A DNA stretch of 64,000 nucleotides, taken from positions 7,919 through 71,918 of the forward strand of contig CAVCAW010000029.1 of assembly GCA_963600315.1 (NCBI GenBank), written 5' to 3'. Shown in pieces: positions 16,578 through 28,500 of this stretch. The DNA is from Bacteroidaceae bacterium. Its GTDB lineage: Bacteria > Bacteroidota > Bacteroidia > Bacteroidales > Bacteroidaceae. Under the pieces are notes generated by a model. That model had not been told where the DNA came from. It saw only the letters and a program-made list of their open reading frames with translations, and made no database searches. How positions within the stretch are numbered: position 1 is the first letter of the stretch; every line of letters starts with the position of its first letter. The position numbers and the translations under genes were made by a program.

Positions 16578-19500
16578 ATGCACCGCAAGACATTCTGTTT
16601 GCTGATACTGATGGCACTGCTCTGCCACATAGGAGCAGCTGCCGACGAGATACGCTACGTAGCGAAGTACGGCTCGTATGCCAACGACGGCAAGACATGG
16701 AAAACAGCCAAGAACAACATACAAGACGCCATCAACGACCTCGTGGACAATGGTCTGACGGGCGAAGTGTGGGTGGCAGCCGGCACCTACACCCCTACGG
16801 AGAGTACGGAGTCGACGGGCGGTAGTACGCTCTATATGTCGTTTAAAATCCCAGCGGGCATCAGCGTCTACGGGGGTTTCAAAGGCGGCGAAAATGGAGA
16901 GAAGACGAAGGACGAACGCGAGGTTCTTACACCCAAGTCTACAGGCAAGTTCTACAAAAACTACACTATTCTCTCTGGCGACCTCTCGTCGGCAGCCAAG
17001 TTTGAATGGAACTACACCAAAGACCAGTGGAACACCTCATTCTACGGCAACTGCTACCACGTCGTGACCTTCGCCACTAACGGCTTCGATGCCACTACCG
17101 GCCGTGCCAACCCCAACGGCGGCGGTTACCGGTCGGCACTGCTCGAGGGCTGCATCATTGAACACGGCAACGCCACCAATACCGAAATAACAGGTCGTCC
17201 GCACAATGCCTACGGCGGCGGTGTCTACATGGTGGACGGTGCACATCTGAAGCAGTGCGTGGTGCGTGAGTGCGTAGCATCGCGCGACGGCGGCGGTATT
17301 TATATGGACGGTGGCGGCTACATAGAGCGTTGCTTCGTCACTGACTGCCAAGCATTGGGCATCGGCACAAACTACGGCTATGGCGGTGGTGTGTGCATGG
17401 ACGGTCCCGATAGCTACAAGAACGTACCGATGATTCAGCGTCAGTCGGGCATCTCGGGTTGCGTGGGCCGCATGGGTGGCGGTCTTGCCATCAAAGCCAA
17501 CGACACCAACGGCAACAACAAATACAAAATAGCCTGCACCGCCATGATCATAGCCAACAACACAGCCACGACCGAGGCAGGCGGTGTCTATATGCTCAAG
17601 GGTGGCGCCATCACCCAGACGACCATCGTCAATAACAAGTGTAATGGTGCCGGCGTGAGCATCAACGGAATGGCCACAGGCCGCTCAGCGGGAGTATACT
17701 GCCGCGACAACGGTATACTCGCCAACTCCGTGCTGTGGGGTGGCAAGTGTGATGCCAACAACGACATTCAGTATGCCACCTCCCACTCGGGCAACAGCCA
17801 AGATTTGCGCCCCTACGTCATGTATACGGCGCTGACCAAGAGCGACTACACCGACTGGTCGGGCGTAATCAAGAACCACGCCTTCAAGGTGTCAGACTAC
17901 AACACCCGTAAGGATGCCGAACAAGCAGGAGCCGTCATCAGCAGTTCGGAGAGTTTTCCCATGTTCTACCACCCGACACCCAAAGCTGGCTACATACACG
18001 AAAATCAACAGCACCAGTTCTTCATGAATCTGATTGATGGCATGACTGCTACCGACGAAAACGGTAATGCCATCACCGACCGTGAAGCTTACGACTTCCA
18101 GCCGACATCACGCTCTGGTATCGCCCACAAGGGTGTGGCCGTTATCGACATCGACCGCGACAGGCAGACTCCTGCCATGGAGGTAGACTGGGATATAGTC
18201 GGCACACAGTTCAACTCGCGACCTACGCTAGGAGGCTATACCACCTCTTCCATTGCGATAAGGCCTGAGGTAGACGACGCCAACAAGAAAGTCAACTTCT
18301 ACATAGACCCCAATGACAAGTCGGGTACGGAATACGACGACATCGGCAGCAGTTGGGACCAGCCGGTGCGTTTTCTCAACGACGCTCTAAGCTTTATCAG
18401 AGACGACCAAGCTCTCGACACACCCGTATATTGCAAGAGCGGCTATGCAATCAACGTCTACGTGAAAGAGGGTACGGTGGACAACACCAACTCGCGAACC
18501 ACCACCCGCGTGCGCAAAACGGGATTCGTCATGCCAAGCAATACCACCCTACTCGGCGGCTATCCGAGCGGCAACACAGGCACCGACCTCACGGGCCGCA
18601 ACAACAACGCACACCCTACTACCATCACGGGTAACGTGCAGGACGACTACGACCTCAACGTGATTCACCTGCTGCGCTTCAACGAGGGAACAGAGAACAC
18701 TACCATCGACGGCGTATACATACGCTACGCCAACGCCCGCAGCCAGATAGGTCGCGACGACAGCGGATACACCAAGGGTGGAGCCATCGCTATATATAAC
18801 AGCAAAAACATCAAGATTAGCAACTGCTTGATGGTGGGCAACACCGCCTCGGCAGGCTCAGCCGCATTTATCTACAAGTCGACCGGCATACAATTTGAGA
18901 ACTGCATTATCCGCAACAACGAAAGCCGCGAGGTAGACGCTGACGGCAACTTCACGTCAAACACCGGCAACGTAGTGGTGGGTCAGGAGAGTGAGGTCTC
19001 ATTCAACCACTGCGACTTCATACGCAACGTAGGTTTCGCCATCGACAGCTACGGCAAGACCAAGGTGACCAACTCTGTGTTCTACGGCAACATGAACCAA
19101 CCTGTGGAGGACACGCGCAACAACGAGAGCAGAGCCCTCTACGCCGTGCGCCTGCTGGACAACGGCACCTACTCGGGCGACCACAACCTCTATGACAAGA
19201 AGTCTGCCACCGCTGACTTCATGACCAAGCTGAGCGCCGACGAGCAGAAGACCAACGAGGCAATACTCACCTACGAATACAGCGAGACGTCGAACACCTA
19301 CCCACGCTTCCTCAACCCTACGAAGAACGCAGGTGTCAACACCAACGGCGACGCTACCTACTACGGTCGCACCGTGTCATACATGCCACACAACAACAAT
19401 CCCATGGTCAACCGCGCATCGAAAATCGATGACGAGGGCAACGCTAACGACGACCACAGCAAATGGGGCAACGACATGATTGGCATCAGCCGCGACTTCG

Positions 19501-22500
19501 GCGGACTGCCCGACATCGGTTCGCTTGAAAACCACGAAGCACTCGATAGCGATGCTGCGGACAAATCATATTCAGACGGTCAGAAAGCCTACGGAACGGT
19601 GATGTACGTGCGCGACTACAACACATACAACGCCGACGGAACAGTGGCAACTACTGACAACAGCACCACCCATGCTGACGGAACCCAGCGCGACGGAGCA
19701 TCGTGGGAGAATGCCATCAATGGTAATGCGGCATATAGCTTTACTTATACATACTCGAAGACTACCGCTCCGGTCACTATCACGCCCCACACTCCCACAG
19801 TGAGCACAAGCATCACAGCAGAAGACGCTACGGTCTACAAGATAGGTATGTTGTCTAACAATTCCGCAGGCAACACCGTCTACTACGCTACTCAAAACGG
19901 CAATTACCTTAAGAGCATCTCAGACGCTATCACAGGTGACGACTTCATCCTGCTCTCTGCAAGCGGAGGCTATTATTACATCTACAACAAAACAGCGAAG
20001 AAGTATGTCACTTACACTGAAGTCCTGAGAGGCGAGAACAAAGTTGTATTGTCTGACGCCAACACTTCAAACGCTACTTGGCGCCTATACCCTGTCAATA
20101 CTTCCGACAATTACCATACATACTGCATTCAGCCAAGCTCGACGGACAACAGCGAAAGTTCCTTGGCTTGGAATTATTACGGAGGAACAGGAAACAACAT
20201 TGGATTTTATAATGGTACAGATAATAATGGCAAATGGCAGTTCATCACTGCGACAGCAGGAAGCCCCACAACCACCACAACCCAAGAAACAAAAAACATC
20301 AACGGTCTGCAGTATGCGGTGAGCACCGTTGAGAGCGAGATGGCAAAGAACTACACTCAACGCATCACGCATGAGTTAGAAAAATCCGTTAGCGGAACCT
20401 ATACCACAACACATACCTATCAGGATTTGCCCGCAGACTACACGCAGCGCGAAGTGTGGGTAGGCGCCGGCATCTACACCAACACGAGCGGCTATGAGGT
20501 GCGCAACCACGTAAAGGTCTACGGAGCCTTCCCCAAGACTGGCACCCCAGGCAAGAACGAACGCCACCCACAGCTCACCACGGATATCGCCCTGTCTACA
20601 GCAAATCAAGGACTGACGGTGTCTGACTATGAGACCATACTCCAGACAAATTCAACCAAAGGGGCTACTACTTATAATCTGAGTGTGCTCAGCCAACCGT
20701 TAGAGTGTCGCGTCACTACCGACCATAACACCAACGTACCTGCCGACCGCGTCATTTATGAAGGGGCAGAATGGGATGGCTTCACCATCCGTTATGGTTA
20801 CAAGACTGGTATATCATCAAGCGGAAGTGGCGGTGGTCGCGATGGAGGAGCTGGTTTGAGGCTCTATGAGAATGTGACCGTGTCCAACTGTGTCATCCGT
20901 GACAACGTGTTGAAGGATGGTGTCAAGGGACGTGGTGCAGGAGTCTATGTAGATGGTTCCACTATCATCAACTGCTACATCATGGACAACGCAGGTTCTG
21001 GAAGTGAAATTTACGGAGGCGGAATGTACATGATAAAGGGTACCATCTACAACTCCGTGATTGTAGGAAACTCTCTCTCTGGTTCTACTATCCACGGTGC
21101 GGGTGCTTTCTTCGAGTCTGCCGACTTCTTCAACAACACAATGGTAAACAATACAGGTTGTGGTTCCATTGAGGTGTGGACTGCTTCTGCAGCCGAAGCC
21201 CACCTTACCCTTTACAACTCCATCATCATAGCTGGCGACAACAAGCTCGTTGACCGAAGCAACTCTACTAAGATTACATTCAAGAACTGTTTCCTTCAGA
21301 GTACCAATACAGCAAACGATGCAAAAAACAATACCGATTACTTAGTGGACGAAACAAACAAATGGTATTGTGGTGGTACTGCTTTTTCCGCTGCTACCTG
21401 CAACCCGTTCGCCAAGACATATACCGACGCCGTTAAGGACTATGACTTCCGCATTGAACAGAAAGACAACTACAATGCAGTGAACGCCGGTACAGAGTTC
21501 ATTGACCTTGATAATGACGGCAGCAGCGATATCACAATCCCGAGCTTCGACATGGACTACACCGACCGCGTGCAGGACTGCGAGATAGACATGGGTGCCT
21601 ATGAGTACAACGGAGCCTACAGTATCCAGCCCGACCTTTCGAGCGTGGACGGTCAGGCTATCTTCTACGTAACGCCAGATGGTCGCGGCAATGCCTCTGC
21701 CACCAACCCCGACAACGCTGCCTGCGCCAGCAAGTTGCAGAAAGTGCTTGACGCTGCCGGGCGCTACAAGTTCACTACACCTAACAAACGTGTCATCGTC
21801 AAGGTGGCTAATAGCAAGACTCTCGCCGACGACGGCGACGAGACCACCTACTTCAAGTACTACGCCTGCCGCACCACCGATGTCAACAACGACGACGTGC
21901 GCATCTGGTCAATCATCGTGCCACGCGGCGTAGAGGTATGGGGCGGCTACACCGACGAGTGGACTTCGTCAAGCGAAAATGGTTTCTACTCTAAGGACAG
22001 CAACGACACCGTCACCGACAAACGCGACATCACGGGCAACCCCACCTATTTCCACTCCTACTACTACAACTCGAGCGAGAAAACCAATGCCAACACCTAC
22101 CACGTGGTGACCTTCACCGACAAGGTGTTTGACGGCGATGGTAATGCCTACTCCACTGCCGACTATGACGCCAGCACCAATACGCTGAGCCACAATAGCA
22201 CCTATGCTGAGGGCGGCACATACCTTGAGGTCAACAGCAAGACCAACGACCGTGCTGTCATCGACGGCATCTTCATCACCGGTGGCCAGGCAGATGCAAA
22301 CACTGCCAGCTCGGAGGTCAACATCAACCAATATGGCGGTGCAGCCATCGTGACCGACTATGCCCACGTGCGCAACTGCATCGTCCGCAACAACGAAGCG
22401 ACCTACGGCGGCGCACTCGCACTGACCCACGGCGCACTAGTGTCGGGCTGCCTCATCGACCAGAACACTGCCGACTACGGCGGCGCTATCTACGTGTTTG

Positions 22501-25500
22501 AGAACGGCACCATTCTCTCCGACGGTACCACCATCAACTCGAAGGCGGGCACCGGCGAGGCTATGGACAAAAACATGGCACACGTCTACACCTCTACCAT
22601 CGTTAACAACCTCGCCAACGAGCAAGGCGGCGGTATCTTCTTCGGACAAGACGACGATAACATCAACGTGCGCGTCAACTCGTCGGTAATATGGCAGAAC
22701 AACAGTACCAATATGGCTAACGTGTCGGGACTCTACAACCCAACGCGAACCAACGAGACCATCAGTACACTGGAATTCTTCCCGTTCTCCTACTGCGGGG
22801 TGCAGAACCTGCGCATGTCGGGTGCCAACAACCTCTCGCTGGGCAACCTCAACAAGTCGGGAGCACGCTTTGCCGGCAGCAAAAACGCAGCCGGCAACAA
22901 CTCCACGCTGGCTGTAGAGACGGCAGACGAGGACTTCACCAGGTTCTCCGACTTCGGCTACTATGCTCTGACCGACTACTCCATACTCGTAAGGACGGGT
23001 ATGCCATCAACCGAATACACCAACTTGGTAAACAACTTGGGACTGTCGCAGTCAGACTTCACCGCAGTAGACCGACTAGTGTCGACCAACAAAAACCGCT
23101 CCTACATAGAGATGGGAGCACGCGCTCTGGACAAAATCATCAGCAACGGACAGCTCATGCTGCGCCTCTTCGTAGCCCAGCCTACCGACATCAACATAGA
23201 CGCTGCCGAGACAATGATGAACATGAAAACCACTGCCACCGCCGGCAGTCTGGAAGAATACTACAGCCAAGAAGGCTCGTCATTTGCCTACCCGATGCAG
23301 AGCCTGCAGGACGCCCTCGACTATATCATAGAAAAGCGTTCGGAATTCAACGACACCAAGACAGGACTCTTGGAGGAAGGTGCCAACAACCTACCCTTCG
23401 AGATATGCATGGGTCGCGGCACCTTCTACCCCACCCGCAATACCTATGGTATATACGGCAATTCGCCTGCCAACACCTTCGCCATTCCTGAGGGCGTGAG
23501 CATCTACGGCGGCTTCGCCGTGGGCAATCCAAACAAAGACTACTCCTTCTTCGGTCGCTACAACAAGAAGGGGTCTGACATATCGAGCATCACCGACAAC
23601 ACCAAGCCAGGCACCATAGCGGGCAATGTGGTGACAGTGATAGAGAACGATGCCGACACAACGGTCACCCTCATGAAAAACTACGAGATTGAGCAAATGC
23701 CAATCGACAAGATGCTATCGAGCCGCCGCTCCAACGACAACAATGGCAACAACATCATTGAGCCGTGGGAATTCCAGCACCAGACTGTTCTCTCGGGCGA
23801 TGCCGAGGGTCAGACATACTCAGGTGTATACCACGTAGTAACTGTTGTGGCAGACCAAAACGTGGTGGGCATGCTGCCTAAGCAGCTCAACTCCCACGAG
23901 AAGGCAAACACCACTTACCACACCATGTCGTATGACGACTATATCAAGAAGTTCGGCATTGGCTCTTTCGACTATGAGGAAGGTCAGTACGTCCTCCTTG
24001 ACGGTCTCCAGATTACTGGTGGTACAGCCTGCAACTTCATAGAAGGTTCTACTGGTTTTAACAGCAAGTATGACTTCTACTGCGGAGGCGGACTGCTCGT
24101 CGACGGCAACCGCTACTGCAACGACTTCAACAACTGGGACGGCACAACGTACGACGGCACCAACTCCAAGGGCGAGACGTGGGGCAACGTCGTTGACAAG
24201 CACAATGCCCAGATAGGCACAGCGGGCTACCGCGACATTCCATTGAACATCGTCAACTGCAAATTCTCCGACAATGAGGGAGGTCTGGGCGCTGCCATCT
24301 ACTCCAACGGCACGATGGACATCTATAAGTCATCGTTTGAACACAACAAAGCCCATAGCGGCGAAGAGACACTGAAAGATGCCAACAACATCGACAGACA
24401 GGTACAGTATCCTGGCAATGGCGGTGCCATCGTCTGCACCCACCAGTTGGGAGCCTACAACACCATCTTCGCCAACAACGAGGCTTACAGCGACAACACC
24501 AGTCTCGAACCTCATCTCTTTGAGAACATCGACAACGAAGGCAAGAACAAGATGCACTCCGGCAGCGGTGGTGCCATCTATATGGGTCCGTTTGGATTCT
24601 TCCACCTCGTCAACTGCAACATAGTGCGCAACCAAGCCAACATGTACCCCGCCGTCTTCACCCTCAACCCCAACCCCGACCTCACTAACGGTCGCCACGG
24701 CGGAGTGGGCCTGAGCAACACGCTGCGCCCGTCATCCGTTTACTACAACCAGTTCCTCAACACCGTGATTTGGGGCAACGACATCAGCAAGGCCAGTGCC
24801 AAAGCCAACGATGGCAATGAGCTCTTCAAGTTCAATGCCCGCATGATATGCAACTACTGGCTAGGCAGCCACGCTCCCGAAGACTCTCGCTATACCTCGC
24901 CGTCGTTCACCGATGCCGACAACATGCCTACCAACCAGGCTGACCTCGACGCTGACAACGACAAGGAGCAGAGCAAGTATGGCGAAGTGGCATGGTTCAG
25001 TGCCTATGAAGAAGGTCGCGGCATCACTCCGCTTAACGATGCCGACCTGCGCAACAACCAATACTCGCCCTTCACCTATGCACGCGACCTCGTCCACACT
25101 GCCGGACAGTCGCAGACACCAGCCATCGACACCTACCAGAACTGCAACATTCTGCTGTCGGCAACTAACTTCGACCTCGAAGGACCTAACTTCGTCAACC
25201 CAGCAGCTGACCCAGGCTACGACGGCTATGACGAGTCGTCAGACTGGAGCCCCGCCCGCCTCTCCAACCTCACCGACAACGGTAGCGGACAGGTAGCTCA
25301 GACCGTAGAACTCGTCAACGAGGAGTATATCGCCAAGTTCGACACCTATAGCGACTATGCCTCGCTGCCCAACCGCTCCGTATACTACGGTGGCGGTAAC
25401 CCCTATGGCTACACCTCAGAGAAGCCCGGTGACCTCAAGATTGAGGGAGCCTACACCGTCACCCGCATGCTCTACGGCTACGAAAACAACAAAACTTATA

Positions 25501-28500
25501 TGCCGGCAGGCAACATGGACTATATGACCTCTGCCGCCACCGGTCAGAAGCTCTACCGCATCTCCAAAGACCCCAACCCGACACACGACCAGACCTATAT
25601 CGACATAGGAGTGTATGAATATGCCCACACCGAGCTGCAATACACCACCAACGGCGACGAGGTCGACATCCTCTGGGTATCGCCCACCGAGAAGCCCGAC
25701 AACGGACTGCCCGACGGCAGCGCATGGAGCCAGCCTACGTCAGACCTCCAGCGAGCCATCGAGACGCTGCTCGCCAGCCGCAACGGCCACCGCAAGGAGA
25801 TACGCCTCATGAACGGAACCTTCACACCTATCTATAACATCGAAGACCACCTGGCGTTCTATATCGACACCAAGACCCTCAACAAGTCGGTCACCATGAC
25901 CGTCAAGAGCCGCGACGACAAAGGCAACGTCACAGCGTGGAACACTGGCTACGGAGTGAAGTCGCTCACCATCAAGGGCGGCTACAGCGAACAGATAGAA
26001 AACGTCTACGACCCCGAATCCTACCCCGCTATCATTCGCCAGCAATCGCGCACCAACGCCAGCTCCGACCGATGGGATCACCTCTTCTACATAGCCGACG
26101 CCACACAGCGCTACGGATACTACAACAACGGCGCCGAAGCCTATACCGATGCCAACGGCTATGGTAGCTATCAGGAGAAAGACGGTAGCTATGACCACAC
26201 CGTCAACACCATACCTATTCACCTCGACGGCGTGACCATCGTCAATAATCAGGCGCGCTCAGGACAGAACGGAGCGGCCATCTACTACGAAGACCGCACT
26301 GAGACCGAGGAGGTGACACCTACCACCGCCAACATGTCGGTCAACACCTACTTTACCGATGCCGACAAGACCATCGCCTCGACCAACAACGAACCTACTA
26401 ACTACTACAACCGCACCGTCGACAAATACTACACCGACGCTACCTACAGCACCGAGTCAGCGACACCGACAGCATACGCTACCTATAAGTATGGGGAGAC
26501 GAGTGCCAACAAGATTATCATCAGCAAGAGCAAGGTGATGAACAGTGGCTCCTACGAGAGCAACGACAACACCACCAGCGCCGTCTACATAGGCAAGAAC
26601 GGTGGCAACGCACTGCTCTACAACGACGTGATGCACAGCAACCTGGGCAACCCGCTCGTGTCGGCAGTGCCCACCATCATCGTCAACAACACCTATGCGC
26701 TCAACAACGGTCGCGTGGACCTCAACGGCGACAACACCGTGACATCATACCTCGACATCAACCAAGGTAGCGACGGAAGCGACTACGACGCCGAGGGCGG
26801 CGAGATGCTCTCGCCAAGCTACAGGGCTGCGGGCACCAAGTCTGCCACCATCACGGGGTCGGCAATCTACAACTCCGTCTTCTGGCGCAACAACTACAAC
26901 GGCACGCAGTTCACGCTGCCGGGCTATGTCAGCCCCGACAAGTCGGGCGACATCTTCTCGCACAATGCCGTCACGGGCATCCCCACTGCTCTGTACAACA
27001 CCAGCGCCACCAACTACAACGTGGGACTATCCGACACCAACAGCGACATCATCTACGGCCCTAACTTCACAGACCCCAAGGTCGATGCCACCACTACAGC
27101 ACTTGTCGAGGCACGCGACTTCACTATCCAGCCGTCGCAGCGACTGCTCAACACCGGATCCGACGACCTCTACAACGACAAAGTGGGAGACAGCGAGCAG
27201 AACATCATCGACCTGGCATGGAACACCACCACACGCATTGATGCCAGCGGACAAACCCGCTTCCGCTTCACCATAGACCGCGGAGCCTATGAGTATCAGA
27301 ACAACCTCAACCGCATCATCTATGTCAACCCCAACGACATGGTTACGGGTCTGGGCAACTCATGGTCTTCGCCTATAGGCTATGGTCAGCTGCAGACAGC
27401 CATCGACCTGGCTGCCGTATATCATGCCACATGGCCTACTGAAGAGGCCTACGTCTTGGTTAAGGGCTCCAACACCACCAACAGCGACCTCCACACAGGC
27501 GAGACCATCACCATGCGCGACGGCGTAAGTATCTATGGCAGCATTCTTCCTTCAATGTCCAAGGATTGCTCGTATAGGTTAGACGAATCAACCGGTGAAT
27601 ATCTCTATCCCAACGACGTTGTCAACAGCTATATCAATCTGATTCGGGCAGAACGTAACGGAATAGCCGCTCTCAATGCCAACAAGACCAGAGTGAGCGG
27701 CATTAAGCTGGAAGCAGGCGCTTCCTTAGACACTGACACTACCGGTTACATAGCGTCGCTCGTAGATGGATTCGACGTAACAGCCACAACCGACGACAAT
27801 ACTACTGGCACAGTCACTGCCCCCGTCATCGACGTGCAGCCAAAGACCGGCACAGCTGTGCTACGTAACATCATCGTACACGACAACGACCTCTCGGCCA
27901 CCGAGGGTGTCAACCTCGCCAATGTGGACAATGCCCTCATCTACGAGGCACTGTTCCGCGACAACAAGGTTGCCACAACCGGCTACAATCTTGCTCTCGG
28001 CTCGACCGGCTATGGCGTAAACCTCACCGTGGAGGGCAAGACCCGTGGTGCTGACGGAACCGTCACCTACAATGGCAAGGGCGATGCTGACCACCTCTAC
28101 TATTCCATCGTGAACTATGCCGGACAACCTGCCACGGAGAACACACTCTCGGGACATAACTACAAGTTGGCAAACCACGACCTTAACTATCAACTTACGG
28201 AGAATTCAACTCACATCGATGAGTTTGACAAGAAGAACCCGCTGACGGGTGTGGCAAAAAACTTGGCAAATTATATCCATTACAGTTCATACACAGACGA
28301 GGATTGGAATACCATACTCCTCGACCGCGACCTCCTCGGCACCCACCGCTTGCTGAACAACGTGACCAGCGAAAATAAGATTGACCGTGGTGCGTTCGAG
28401 ACTTGGCGAGTAGAGAATGATTTCACGTGCACAAGCACATACACCTGCTACGTCTCAGAGTATTCTCTTCAGCAAGATGTTTTTTCCGGTGAATGGACAT

